NCBI GenBank assembly: GCA_012295275.1
Contig: CM022672.1
Coordinates: 1,550,001 to 1,614,000 of the forward strand
Reading direction: 5' to 3'
Length of the DNA stretch: 64,000 bases
Source of the DNA: Chrysomallon squamiferum
Lineage: Eukaryota; Animalia; Mollusca
Notes under the pieces: generated by a model
What the model saw: only the letters and a program-made list of their open reading frames with translations
What the model was told of the DNA's origin: nothing
Databases searched by the model: none
Shown: positions 15,784 through 30,600 of the stretch, piece by piece
How positions within the stretch are numbered: the stretch's first letter is position 1
Layout of the letters: each line of letters begins with the position of its first letter
Made by a program: the position numbers and the translations under genes

Positions 15784-15903
15784 AAAATTCCTAAATCACT
15801 GACTTTTGAATAAATAAAAACTTTGGCCTGAACAGAAATAAAAATTCCTAAATCACTGACTTTTGAATAAATAAAAACTTTGGCCTGAACAGAAATAAAA
15901 ATT
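15784..15903. repeat. Perfect 57-bp tandem duplication inside an older degenerate array
   Basis: aaaattcctaaatcactgacttttgaataaataaaaactttggcctgaacagaaata x2. Confidence 0.95.
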
Positions 15904-16339
15904 GACAAATCCATTATTTCTGAACTTGAAATAAAATACTAAGCCAGTTACTTGTGAATTTTTTTTTTTTTTTTTTTTTTTTCTTGTTTTTCTTCTTCTT
16001 GTTTTGCTGAATGCAATGTTTTCAATATTTCTTCCTTTCTTTCTTTCTGACAGAAATATTTTAAAGAACTGAAAATTACATATGTATCAAAACAAGCACC
16101 CAGCATTAGAATTCTCATGGGCAATACTGGACACTAAACTCTTTGTTATTTACAGAGATAAATTAGAAATGCAAATAAAGTCATAATAAAATCAGATAAA
16201 AAGAGTTAACTCCAAACAGCACTATCTGGTATTTTGTCATTTTTATTACAGTAGCATGTTTTATCAATAGATCTGTCTATCTTTCAAACACCTTCTGTTA
16301 TTTGCTTACAATAAAATGTTCCAGTGATCTCCAGGATAG

Positions 16340-16635
16340 TTAGGGCAGGGTTAAAATAAAGCTTACTGCTAAAGTGCTTGCCTTGCAAATGAACCAATGG
16401 GGATCAGTCTTTGTTGATGGACCTATCTGGTTACTGAAGACAGTATTCTGTAACTAATGTTTCAAAAACTGTGGTATGTACTATCCTGTATTTAAGATGA
16501 TTTATTAAAAAAGTCCCTTGCTGCTGAAATAGTTTCCCTTCTAAATCCATTGTGTCATTAATCAAATGTTTGTAGTGTAACTACAGTTACAGAAAGTATG
16601 CCTATTAAGTGCAAAGTTAAATATATAATTTCTTC
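16340..16635 (+). mobile_element. Old tRNA-derived SINE-like relic; related opposite-orientation relics at ~14600-14825, 23230-23500, 28905-29080 and 47395-47580
   Basis: Shared degenerate blocks (ggtatgtactatcctgt / cccttgctgct, and reverse forms cagcaa...tttta, acagga, gaaatgttttattt). Family resemblance to a gastropod SINE is from memory, not from a search. Confidence 0.4.
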
Positions 16636-17055
16636 ATATATTCCTCCAAGATGGTCTGAAGATAAATTAAAAGATTAATGACCTGAATACAAGAAGGGAG
16701 AAAAACAGATAGTTTGTAGACATTCTGAAGAAGCAAAGTATTAGTATGAAAATAAAAACAACAAGTAAAGTATCCATTTACAGTTGGTACAAATGCACTG
16801 AGACTTTGTAAATAAATGTCAAAGTATCTTTAGGGAATCAGGGAATTAAGCAGACAATTTGTTTTATGTCTGTTGAGGAAAATACTTCTATGAGTCCTTC
16901 ATAAATAAGTTGGTTTTTTTTATTAGCTTAAGTAGAATGTATGTATGTAAATATTTCAGTATGTATGTTCTGTTTAAGGATCATTTGTTTCTGTGCTTAT
17001 GTATGTGTATGTATATGTCTCTGCCTATATGTGTGTATATGTATATGCCTGTAGG

Positions 17056-17105
<50 letters not shown>

Positions 17106-18121
17106 AGAGAGAAGTATGTCAAGATTATCATATATTCACAGTCCAATAAATCTGCCTCATATTTTTAAATATTTTTATAGCAGTTATTATACAGAACAGT
17201 GATAAACACTTAAAAATCATTAAAATTTGGCTACATTTTCACCATGCTTCAAAATATTTTTGTACTCATCATTATTTTGACAGTATTATATAACATACTT
17301 CTACTGCATTTATCAGTATAATTAGTAACAGTGGACTGCAGATAAAAACATACATAACTCTATTATCTTTTTTATATTTTCTATATTACTTTGGCAGCTT
17401 TAATATAATTTACATTTATTGCATGTCAGCTACATGTTAAAAAATCATGATATTAAAAAAAATATGGTGTAACGGCAATAAAAATATGCTTGATTTTATT
17501 ATTATTTTATTATTTTACACACACAAAAAAAAAACACTCACACATTCACACACACACTGATAAAAAAAAATATTTAGAAAAAGGATTTGGAATGACTTTT
17601 CATGAACAATTTTCAAGTACCTAATTAAAATCAGACATTAAAAAAAAAAAGACATAAGTAAGTAAAACTCCCCAGTAAATCCAGCCAAATCAAACAACCT
17701 GTGTTTGTCATCTGATATCAGCTACATCATACCAGAGTGCTCTATTTATGCCATTCATCTGATACAATGAAGTCACAACACAGCACTCACACTATCTCTG
17801 CTAAACAAACACTGCCAGGTCCAACCCTCCAAAATCCAACCAGCAGAATAATCCAACAACAGAGACCCTCTGAACCAGCACACAGGCAAAGACGTCATGC
17901 TCCATTGACCCTTCAAGTGCCCCGACCACCCAAGCATGGATGATCTGGGTGTACTATCATCATTCATTCATACATGCTTTATCTCACCTATCTGTGCTGT
18001 TCTGAAGAGAGAAAACAAATACTTTTCTGGTAAACAGTGTTGTGAAAGAGTATACAAAACTGATAGTGGCAGGATTTTGTTTGTGAAATCCTGTATTATG
18101 GAAACTGAAATAATACGCATG

Positions 18122-18158
<37 letters not shown>

Positions 18159-19824
18159 ACACACACACATACACACATAATGCACACACATAATGCACAC
18201 ACATAATGCACACACATACACACACACACACATACACAGAACAAATTATTTTATGTTAAATATTTCTGCAGTGGCTTTGTTATGGATTTTTACGTTTTTA
18301 AATTTTCTTTTCAAAATTTCTAAATCAGTTTATTATATCTCAAAGTCAAAAAGAAAGTTTCTTCTTAAGTTGTATAACCTCAGATTTTTGGATAGTTGCT
18401 CTTTTTTTTCTTCTTTTTTTCTTCATATTTTCTTTATTAATAAAAACAAAACAATTGTTACTAGTGTGGCTACTACTGCTGTTGCAGTTACTACTACCAC
18501 TACCGTTGTTTTTATTATTTCTTTTTTTCATTCCTTTTCCGGGTTTTCTAAAATCATCCAGTTTTTCACGACTCAAAAGAATATTTAATATTCAGACACA
18601 GTTTACACATGAGTATCAAATTTACAACATATGTCTCTGACACGCCACAGGTGTGGTCTGCTAGTGCTATTGCTTTTCAGCAACAAAGATCTTCTGACAA
18701 CGTTTGTGTTTAACATGACAAAGAGACCCATGGACATAATTCAACATATATATCCATTCTTGTGATGCAACATCTTACCTGAAACTGATCACATAATATT
18801 TGCTTTTAACAGTTTTGTAACAGATGTATATGCAATTACAAGTAAACACTTTCATTTGCAATCATTCTTCTCGAAATCAAAATTAATATTTATTCCAAGA
18901 ATTGTTTTTTTTTTTTAAAAAGAAAGAAGAAAAAGAAGAGGAAGACATTTTCAACAGTCTGTTAGATTTTTCTTGAAATATACAGCAAAGAAAAAATCAA
19001 GAAGCAAAAATAAATCTTGCCTTTCACTAAGTGCAATGATCTAAAAGTGACATTTGTAATTTCATTCTTAACTTATTCTAGCTACAGAGCAGCTGCCAAC
19101 TGTAATGTTCCAAAAAACAAGAAGAAGAAATGTTTTATTTAAAGATACACTCTAGATCTCTGGCATCTCACATGGTTGTATGGCCTCATATACATGATTA
19201 TACGTCACCAAATATGTAGGTATATAGAATCATACATATAGTAATATGGCCTTGTACATGCTGTTGTGTTGATTAACCATATGATATGACATCACACGTC
19301 TGGTAAAATGACATCACATATAATGTGGCACACACATATTATGGTTACATGGCATCATAAACTTGGTTAAGGATGGTACAGAAAATTAAAGAAGGGCTTT
19401 TTGGTTTCAATCAGCAGTAAGTGGTCTTTAAATACACCTTCCCAATGACAGCAAATCATTATATACCAGCCATGTGACACTAGCTGGTACAAGAGTAACA
19501 TCATGTTTGACATGAGCCAGTGACAGTGAGTGTCTTGTCTTCTGCTCCATGTAAAAGAATAATTAAATGCATTACAAATTTGTGACAGCAAAGTTATAAG
19601 GAAGTGGCCAGAATGCAAAAGAGACAGACATGCCCAGAGCAGTTTCCCTTTTATCAGTGACAGCTACAACATCAATATATCAAGCTAAGAATCAAAATAT
19701 TTTAGAAGACTCAAGTTTGGAGACAACTACTGACATGTGTCAACTATTTATAAATGACAATTTCAGGTGAACAGGTCGGAAGCAAACAGAAAATAAAAAT
19801 AGCACTTATGATTTAAAAAAGCTT

Positions 19825-20170
19825 GAAAATATATTAGAAAAAAAAAAAAATGTTTTATGAACTTTTAAGTCTTCCGTGGAATATATTAACTATTTTAGAT
19901 GAAAATGTTAAGGATAATATAAAAAAAACAAGGAATAAAAAAAAAGTGTTGAAGATGTATTAGAAAGATAATTAAAATACTTTTGTGAACTTTATGTTAA
20001 TAGTTTTCAGAGACATTATTCTTGCAGGTAAAAAGTTTCCACAGCTAAAATCAGTGACTGAAAAAATACAAGGATAATGAAAAAACAAGGACTGACTATA
20101 TATTAGAAAGATAAATGTTTTAATTAAAATACTTTGTAAACTTTAAATTAATAGCCTCCAGTGACATGTT
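19825..20170. repeat. Degenerate ~130-145 bp tandem repeat, ~3 units
   Basis: tattagaaa(g/a)...ttt(g/a)tgaacttt recurs near 19830, 19960 and 20100. Confidence 0.55.
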
Positions 20171-20380
20171 GAAGGAATTTTAAATGAAAACATGCCTGAA
20201 AAAAAATAAATCTAAAAGTCACAATATAAAAAAAGGAAAATTTTAAAAATCTAGGGAATTATTTAGATGTATGATGTGTGTCTAACCACTAATCTTTACT
20301 ACTAATAAAGAATGAAAATAAAGCAAAAAGCCCTGAAAGTCAATATTTTATTTCATGACATTAGTGTATACAAAACAAAT

Positions 20381-20411
<31 letters not shown>

Positions 20412-20639
20412 TGTGCTCCCATTTATCCATTTTGGTTTTAAATTTTTAGTCATACTTTTTAAATTATCAAAGATTTGTGTCAGTATTCCTTTTCTTTTAA
20501 TTCATAAAATAATGTTTGTACACAGAAGTGTAAAAAATAAAAAATAAATTACAAAATTCTAATCATTATGACACTTTATAAGTAGCAAAGTTTATCATGT
20601 AACATAATAATAATATTAATATTAATGATGATGATGATG

Positions 20640-20709
<70 letters not shown>

Positions 20710-21659
20710 CAACAACAATAATAATAATAAATAAATAAATAATAATAAAACAGTTACTCTGAAGAATGAAAAAAAAAAATTGTGTTTAGGCTATTCACTG
20801 ACACAACCACTAACTACACCTTAACTGCAAAACATCCCAACCCTGGCCTTTTACACACATAAACAGATTTCACTTCTTTTACCCTACCCTTATAATCATG
20901 TCAACTGAATGAAAAAAAAAAAAAAGAGAGTCTTTTTTTTTTTTTTTTTCCTTTTCCACTTTGAACATAAAAACTGGTAGAGCAAGTTGCCTGGAACGAA
21001 TAGTTCAGTCCCCTGTAGTTAACCTATATATGACATAAAATGCAGTGATTGTGAGGTAAAAGCAGGGTTTATATAAAGAACACAGCGGGGACCTTTAACA
21101 AGTGAAATTGGTGGTAACGCGGGACAAAGAGCGAGGTGAGTGTTAACATAATAACGCTAATGGAAGATAAATATGTGATCACTTCATACACCTCCACTCA
21201 GCCCTGTGTTTTCGTGCTATTTTATTGTACGTACTGTGGGAATTTACTGATGACAATGACAATGAATGAGGATTAATAATGATGAGGATGTTGATATTGC
21301 TGATGGTGATGATAATGGCAATGTTGAAGTTAATAATGTTGGTGTGATGGTGATGGTGATGGTGATGGATGATGGTGATGACAGTGATGATGATAAAGAT
21401 GATGTTAATAAGGATGATAATGTTGATGTTATGGTGATGATGTTGATGATGATGGTGATGGTGATGATGATGATCATCATCATCATGTAAAAACACTAAG
21501 ACATACAGATGTACATTTTGTTTTATATATTGTGGATGTTAGATGATAACAGTGATGACAATAATGATGATGGGTGTTAATGATAATGAAAATGTTGATG
21601 AGAACAATGATGTTGATGACATAAACTAGAAGCTAACCTCATCATTATAAGTAAAAGCA

Positions 21660-22800
21660 TAAAACTTCTAAACTGACTATACATTTCAACACAATTTTCC
21701 AGTTGATAATAAAAACCTTACTTCACACTAGAAGTGAAAACACATGGCTTCAAAACTCTGCTGACAAACACACAAGCAGAAGAAAACAACTCTTCTAAAC
21801 TGACTAAAACCAAGTCCAACTGTATATACAGAGCAAAACACAGTGTTCAAACCATGCTAACATATACTTTCTCAAGTAGTAGAAAAATCTTTATAAACCA
21901 AACACAAAAAGATACACAGATTGAGATACATATCATCACTAGCTTTTCTCTTATGAATAAAAACAAAAAAATTACTTCGTTCTTCTTGTTGAAACTCTTC
22001 CAAGCAGTATTAATACACAGAGTGAAGAAAATACACAAAGTGAAGAAAATAAACCTCCTAAACTGAATCCAAACCAAACACAAAAAAGCACAAATAACAC
22101 ATCTATTCTATAATTTTTTCTGTAATAACCTAAATGTTCATCTATAAATAATGAAAACACAGAGAATCCAGACCATACTAATACATACCGTAAACTTTCT
22201 AAACCAAACACAGAATCTCAGACACAAACCTTCACTCATTTTTATATTATGAATTTAAAAAGTGACTTCCTATAAAATTCTAAAATTTCTCACAAACACA
22301 CACACAGAAAAAACAAGAAAAAAAAGAAAAAACTTTGTAAACTGACTATAAACCAAATACAAAAACACACCAATAACACATTTTCCTTATAGTTTTCCAA
22401 AGAAGAATAAAGTCTAATTTCTCCTGCAGCGTAGAAATCATTCTCAGAAACACATAAACACATAAGACGAAGAAAAAATCCTCAAAACTGACTCAAAACG
22501 AAGAACACAACACATTATCACAACAGTTTTTCAGTTAAGTTTTTTTCACTTCGCAGTACTGATGAAAACAAATGGCATGCCAGCCGTACTAAGAAACAGA
22601 TCCACAGACAAGAAGAAGAATCAGCCTAAATCAAATATAAAAACAGACACAAAATAACGTATTTAACTGCAGTATCTTTGTGGTGAATAAAACCTAATTT
22701 CCCTCTACAAGTGAAAATGAGCATCATATATCCACTAAAAAAAAACAATGAAAAAAGTTTCAGCAACTGGCTATAAACCACATATATAAAAACAGAATGA
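21660..22800. repeat. Decayed ~140-bp satellite-like array
   Basis: aaactgactataaaccaaa-like anchor near 21670, 21797, 22060, 22200, 22340, 22486, 22628 and 22766. Confidence 0.6.
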
Positions 22801-25217
22801 AAGAAAATAAAGTCAGTTGGTAATCTTTTTAAGAAATCTGAAACATCCAGAGACTGAAATAACCTTCCACTAATAACCTGATCATCAGCTAACAGCTATA
22901 AGGTAAAGCTATGATATTTCTACATTTCCCATCTCAACACAAGCAAATTCAGCCAACATCCATGTGGCTTTTTGGTATTTGCAGACAGGAAGAAAACCAG
23001 GAAGGAAATAATAAAATAAAAACTTATGCATCCACAGAGCACAAGAGTATTAGAAAACATTTTGAAGCAGCAGTGTGTTTTCATCTGAAAGAAACTGATG
23101 TTTGTGTAATGTTAAAATACATTTTAATGGTTTTTACACTTTTCTGGATTGTAACAGACTTAATTTTGATGAAATGATGAATGCCCAAAGGATGATGAAT
23201 CATATTTGTTTATTTCTTGTGTTCACAAATGAGGAAGGATGTTGGAAATATTTTATTTAATTCAGAATGGGTTTTTTTTTCTTTGGGTATATGGTGTAAT
23301 ATACATGTTCAAAAGGACAATGACTAAAATCAGAACAAACTCACTGTCATAAAGTAAAGGACTTTTTTTTTTTTCCCTGTTTTCAGCAAAGAATCTTTTA
23401 AATATCTATATTTTCTATTAAACAGAAGCATTTTAATTTAATAAATTATTCTTGTGATATTGGCTATATTGGGAAATATCTCAATTTCAGAGGAACCAGA
23501 CTACCACTGAACAACCAATGAGTGCATATAACTTCATCATAGCCGCGATGTGGCTGATGAAACATATCACACCACTCAGCTCCAAATCTTCAAAGGGATG
23601 CTGTGGTGGAAGTCAAGAGTAATGTAGCTGTTGACTAAGCTTGGGGTGGTGGGGGAAACAAGTCTGCGATGTTTCTGTAATAGGATTTAGTGAAGAAGCC
23701 AGACTGTTTGATGTTAGCCAGAATTCATTGATCAGTGTGTCATGGTACATGCTGCAGCTGTGATGAAATTGTTACAAAGATCACACCTCGAGAAAATCCT
23801 GGAGGGACCTGACAGTAATCCCCTGCATCCCCTACTGGCTGCACTAATTAGGTTAATCTTCATAATAAGGCTGCTGTTTTTTGTTTAGTCTGTGGTGGCA
23901 ATGGTTTGTTTAGCCTTTGATGCTGTTAACTGTAAAAGCCATGAATAGTTAATAACAAGCACGCAGGAAAAACAGCACTTGACGACAGAGGTCTCCGTTT
24001 TCTGTTTCTTTTCTTGTTGAAAACAAAAACAGTAATAAAAATAAATTAATGTACATTGTTCAGAAAGAAAAACAGTTTTCCTTTCACGTCTCTTTATTTT
24101 GCTTCTTTTTCTCCTTCTTTTTGTTATTAACTTTTAGGTGTTACATCCATCTTAATTTTTTTTTTTTTTTTTAACCCTAACCAATTTCAAAATTTGATTA
24201 ACAATCGAGCAAGCCACAGAACATTTTCCATTTGTGTCTTGAACCATTTTTTAAATAATTCAATGACAATAATTTCAGTTTAATAATTAACATCACTGCC
24301 TCTATTTTAGACAGCCATTTTTTCATACTCTGTCATGTAAAGAGGATGGATGTGTCATTCTTCCCATTTGCACTTATTAATTTTTCATGCGGTATTTTTT
24401 TGTTCAATTTTATTATCTTTCTGGCAATGTGATTAGTGCCTTATTCATGCTCCATTACATAACATTTTTAACTTTCTCTGAATAAAAAAAATCTTAATAT
24501 AAAATACATTACCAATTAAATTTTAAAATTTTCATAATCCAAAACTGACCCCAAAAATAAATATTGTACTTGCAAAATATCATGATCGATGTAACAACTT
24601 ATACACAGACACAGAACACAAACACACACACACACACAACACACACACACACACACACACACATGTATGTCATGATTAAAATCTGAATCACCTATCCAAA
24701 ACATGCCATAAAACAAACATTAAATATCAAAGATTACTAATCCAAAGAGCAAACACTAAAACACATACATGTACATTTTAATTTACATAACACAAATATC
24801 AAGTGAAAAACTTGCCTTAAACAAATATTTCTCTTAATCCAGATATCAAATTGAAAATCTGCCCCTGAGGCAACATAAATTTAAAATCATTTCTCTGCCC
24901 GCACAGGAACTCTGGGTGAAAAGAACAAAAAAATATTTCAACTCATTATTTCCTAAATTCCACTAATCTTACAATTCTCAGTTCTTCAGGACAAAAGGTG
25001 TCTGACCACCTCAGACAACAGGACTGATTCACACAGCCAGGGGTCAGTCCTCTATTACACTGCAGCCAGGACAATGCAGCACACCCCACTGCAACAACAC
25101 AATAAACACAGCAGTGACCTTTGCCTTGGGCTCAGATCTTTTAGACTTGTGCCAAAACCTCACAGATTAAGTTAACAATCAGTGCATGCTACCTCTCACA
25201 ATAATAACAATGATAAC

Positions 25218-25409
25218 AGTACTGTTACAGGCAGTTGATAGTAATATTGTTTGTTGTTCTGTTACAGACAGTTAGTAATAATATTGTCTGTAGTACTGTT
25301 ATAGGCAGTTGGGAGTGATATTCTTTGTAGTACTGTTATAAGCAGTTGGTAGTAATGTTGTTTGTAGTACTGATATAGACAGTTGGTAATACTGTTTGTA
25401 GTACTGTTA
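25218..25409. repeat. 37-bp minisatellite, ~5 degenerate copies
   Basis: Consensus agtactgttataggcagttggtagtaatattgtttgt. Confidence 0.85.
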
Positions 25410-26453
25410 AAGGTACTGCTTGTAATATGCTTATAACTGTATGTTAATTGCTATTATGAATGCTTTTAATAATTATATGTGTATTGCCTTCAAAAAAGTT
25501 AGTAATGTGTAGTTTGCATATACAAATTACATGAATGCTGTCCTACAAAAAGAAACATGACTACATACATGTAATAATTATATGTTTTGCTTGTGAAAAA
25601 ACCACTAAGCAGCATGCTCTATTTATTTAATATAAGCATGCTATTATTGAAAAGGTCTATATGCATGTAAAAATGTGTGTGTATTTCTCTCCTAAAAACG
25701 ACAGCTGATAGTTTGCTATACAATATACAGAATGCATGTAATGATGTATGTGTATTAGTCCTGAAAAAGTTAATAGTATTCAGCATTCACATGATTATAT
25801 CTATAAATGCAGTTATTGAAAAAGACAATCAATTCTCTGCAGTTGGCAGTATGTAACATGTTTTAGTGTGCTGCTATTGAAAATAAAAATATAAAGTATG
25901 GATATAGTAACATTTGTGTATGTATCTTGTGTGCTGTATATATGGAGCGTAAGTAATATATCGGTCTATCTTATTATTTTTTTGTATATTAGAGAACTGG
26001 ATATTTCACTCACACAGATATATATATATAAGAAAGACGGAGAAAGTTGAAGAAACAGATTGAGTAGATATTACCATTAAATTATACCTTTTATTACTTT
26101 TTTTTTTTTTTTTTAAATATTAATAAGAATTATATAACAGAGCAAGAAATGAAAACAAAACATAACAAACAAAGCCACACATGACAAAAGAAAGTGTAGT
26201 TGGTCACACGTGACTAAATGCAGAGAATTCGGAGTCCAGAATCTTGGTAAGACTGCACTAAACAAAACCTTGCTGCTCAAAATAGACACAAGTACTTTCA
26301 CACGTGCCCTGCAATTCCAAACAGCAGAACGAGAGCTCTGTTTATCACCCACACATTTTGTTAACTGATAAACCACTGGCCTCTTGGCTGACAGGTCAGG
26401 GGATCAAATCCCTCTACCGGCTCCTATCTAAATTAACTGTACAAGTGTAAGGT

Positions 26454-26509
<56 letters not shown>

Positions 26510-27540
26510 ACTCACTCTCCCTCTTTCTCTCTCTCTCTGGTCTGGTTCTGAAGGAATTAGTCTATTAGTATTATACACTCTCTATTTCACTTTTCTAACT
26601 AATCTTGAAAAGTATTATTTCAAGCAGTCAATCCATGTTGGTTGACTATGTTGCCTAAGACAAATCTGCTTCTACATTGAGTAGATGTCTGCATGTTTCA
26701 AATCACTGGAAGATTGATTTATTTCCTCTGTAGTTGTCCCTAATCACAAAACAGGAAATAAAATTTAAAAAGCTCAAGAGGATATTACAGGCAGATAATG
26801 TGTTGCTTTGTGTTATTTTTTGTTATTTCTTTAAAATATCTAACAGAGTTTTGATTTTCGAAAACAATGTTGCATTTTTTAGAATAAAAAACAAATAAAC
26901 GTATTACCCTATTACATAAAAACATATTGAAAAGAATTTAATTAATGTTTAAAAAGTATATTTCATTAACACATTTAACCTTTAAAAGTTAAATAGAAAA
27001 ATAACGTGGTTAAAAAAAATAACTAAATAAAAGTTTTCTTTATACCCACTAAAAATAATTTAAGATATTAACAAAAGATAACTAAATAATAAATGATTAT
27101 ATGAACAACTGAATGAATAAACCATAGAACTTTCTAAAAATAAAGAGAAGGATGCTCATAGCAGCTCACATTGGCATCTCACATCTGAGTTTCATAATAA
27201 CTCAGTTTTGAGCCTTACATTAGCTCATTTTGAGTTTATTAATGGCCCCACTTTTGAAAACATGTCAAAGACACTGCCAGCATTACTTCATTCCTCAATT
27301 TCTTTTTTTTTTATTTCATTAAGAAAGAATTAGTGAATTTATGAATCATCAGCCATTCTTTATCTTTGAAATATGCTTTTTTCTCTTTACTGATCTGTGA
27401 TTAATGTTCTATCACAGAAATATTAAATTCTGCATTAAATTTAATTATTCACTGTATGATACTTTATTGAAATTAATGTTGATGATAAATAGAACAGAAG
27501 TTACAAGAAGTTTCAAACATAAAATTAATATTCATATTCA

Positions 27541-27604
<64 letters not shown>

Positions 27605-30600
27605 TCTAACAGCAATATCTGCAAGTTTGGACAGTTCCATAAGATAATTTCCAAACTTTATTAAGCCACACATTCCATAATATTTAATAAGAAGAAAAAG
27701 AAGAATAACAACACAAGAAGGTTACACCTTTTGAACAAGTTTATTCATGAATGAGTTTTGCATCTTTTCACGTGCCTATCTTTACAAGTGCATCTCTGAA
27801 GTTTTATGTTCAACTTTACATGTGTCTGTCTGCAATTACTAGTGCATCTTTACATGTGTGTGCATGTTTTTGTGTCTGTTTATGTGTTCATTCGAAGCCG
27901 AGTATGTCCATCGTTAGCAACTGTTAGACTGAAACATTTACCTGAGTAAGTCTGGTTACAAGTGAAACTTGGACTACTGCCAGCCTCTGTGCTGCACACA
28001 GTCAACCATCTGTTTGTGATTACCACAGAAAATCTTCTACTACCTAGGATACAGTAGTCTGTAGCAAGGTGAGATTTAGATAAATGCAATAAATCTGTAC
28101 AGAGCTTCCTAATTGTGCAATCAGTATGTGGGTTTTGAAATTTTCCAAACTGTTTCACAACACCAGCAGGCAAATTTCAAATCAGTTGGCAGCATTGTGA
28201 AGCGTAAAAATACTTGAAAGGTCTTAATTATAAGTAAGCTGTGATTCCACAGTCTTCCAGTAATACTGACATCTATGTTAATTCTAAGAATCTTACAACA
28301 TACACATTATTATAAACAATAAAATGTGAAGAATTTTGTGTTACTAATTGAAAAAGGTCAAAAGATGGATGGATGAGATTGGGAAAAATACTGTGTAAGG
28401 GGGGAGAGTAATTTTTAACGTAAATCTTGTTTGTATTGCAGTCAGGTGTATCTGGCATCTGGGAAGGAAATTTAGATGTAAGTACAGTTAAATTGAAACA
28501 TTCTTGTACAAACAGAAAGTAAACAAGAATAGATGTAAACAAAACAGCACTGAGATAACAAATAAAGGTCGCACAGATGAGTATGAAATAGTCCAATGCT
28601 AAAAGGTTTTGGTTTTGCCTGCTGAAGAAAAGGAAGAAAGAAATGTATTTAAGAAATCATTTTTAATATATACTTAAATATGTATGTCTTGAAGTCATTC
28701 ACACAGTAATCTCTCACTTCTGAGTCTCACATTAGCTCATTTTTATTTTATTAATGACTCAATTTGGAATACAACACTTTTTCTTTATTTTCTGTTTTTT
28801 TTTTTTTCTTCAAGAAAGAATTAGAAAATGTATGAATCATCAGGCATTCTATTCTGAGAAATAAGTTTTAAAAGTATTGTAACTAGTAAGACAACACAGC
28901 TATCACACGTTATTGGTTTTTCAGTTAGCTGCAAGCTTGCTGTTTTATGCCCCTTCTCACACACAGGACGAAATATACCCTTAATAGAGTAGTTGTGAAA
29001 ATTAGGAAAATTGGTAAATGAGCCTTCCATTAAGGATTGATCCAGTGGCACATTATATCTCATACCAGTGATCTACACACTTTTGTATGACATAACTTTC
29101 ATAATACTAATCAGTTAAAAAAATGTCAAATACTAAATCATACATGTAAACTGGTGATTCATTATGCTTCATGCTTCAGTTATTTACATTTTATATCTTT
29201 GAAATGTGATGCATTTTGGCTATATGGAAATCACATTATCAACAGTATCATTTCAAGATTAATATGTTTAACAGGAAACTAAGTTTAATCTAATCACAGG
29301 ATACTTAATATTCAACTTTATACTTCAAATCAGCATTTAGAAAATGCAAGATTAAAATTCCTTCTGCACTGGTTAACCTTTTATGGAAATAATCTCTAGA
29401 TATATATATTTAACATTTTGAAAGTACATGGAAAGTAATATTTGCACTGATTTACACTGACATTGAAAAAAAACTGTACATAAAAACATTTTATTTCAGG
29501 TTATTTAAAAAATAACTGTTACTTTCAATATTAATATACTAAAAAGAAACTAAAATAACACTTCTGAAGTGAAAAAAAAAGATATACAAAATGCAAAATA
29601 CAAAAAAAAATATGGATCATGAACTTAGCTGCCATGAACATAGACCATAAGCACATTTATGACCAAAACGAAATCTGATAAAACTTCAAAGGATCATAAT
29701 GCAAGAAAATACCACTGTAAGCCTGCAATGAACAGCTCTTGTTTTGGAGGATTTTTTTTCTTCTATTTTTTCCCATACTCATTCTGATAACATGCATGAA
29801 AAAGACCTTTTGCTGCACAATTTAGCCTTAGTTTGTAGTTTGTGCCTGTGTGTTTCGTATATATAATCGCAACTCTGTAATATCAATCACCATAAAAATA
29901 CTTCTTTCGTCTTTGAAAGTAACAGGAAACAGGGAAGCCATTGCACAAGGCAGACAATCAAAGGAAATTCTGTGGAGTGACAAACAGTAAAGAATGATTT
30001 AGCCAAAGGGGGCTGTTTATTGATTAATTTACCAAACAGGGAATACTGCTATAAAAGGGAAGATGAAAAAAAAGTAATAATAAATATTGTTTAAAAAAAA
30101 AAAAAAAAAATGTGAAAGAAAGAAAGAATCTGTTTTCTGCCTAACTGAATATTCAATATTAACACTATAATTTCAGTGATGTTGTTGTTGGCTGGGTGTT
30201 TTTTTTGTTGTTGTTGGGTGTGGGGGTTGTTACATGAAAATACTGATGTTTTAAATGTTAAACGGTATAATATGAAATAGAGCAAGAGAAAGAGGGAAAC
30301 AGAGATACAGTGTGTGCATGTATGAGACAGAAAGAAATAAAGGATATAAGAGAATTATTAAATCATATTGTTGGGGGTTTCTTTATTAAAATAAAGAATT
30401 AATACATACATAAAATAAAAGTTCAGAGATAATGAAAAGATGGCAGAAAAAGAAATGAACAGCAAAAAAGGAAATATGGCCACAGCAAACAAAAAACAAA
30501 GAGATAGAAAATAAACATTGTGAAGTTGTTTTTTTTTAATGGTTTAGCTTTATCTTGGAAAAATAATAAATAATAACATGTTTACCAGCAAGCCTGACTC

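Noticed and set aside
21179-21496. Asp-rich and His-rich ORFs
   Set aside because: Translations of a degenerate (GAT/GGT)n microsatellite, open in several frames only because of low complexity.
26370-26425. tRNA-like B-box (ggatcaaatccc)
   Set aside because: No cloverleaf can be folded; at most a degraded SINE head.
27880-28173. Minus-strand ORF with a faint LRR-like stretch (DLLHLSKSHL) as candidate exon 2 of the LRR gene
   Set aside because: Lacks the LxxLxLxxN pattern and compatible phase-2 splice sites.
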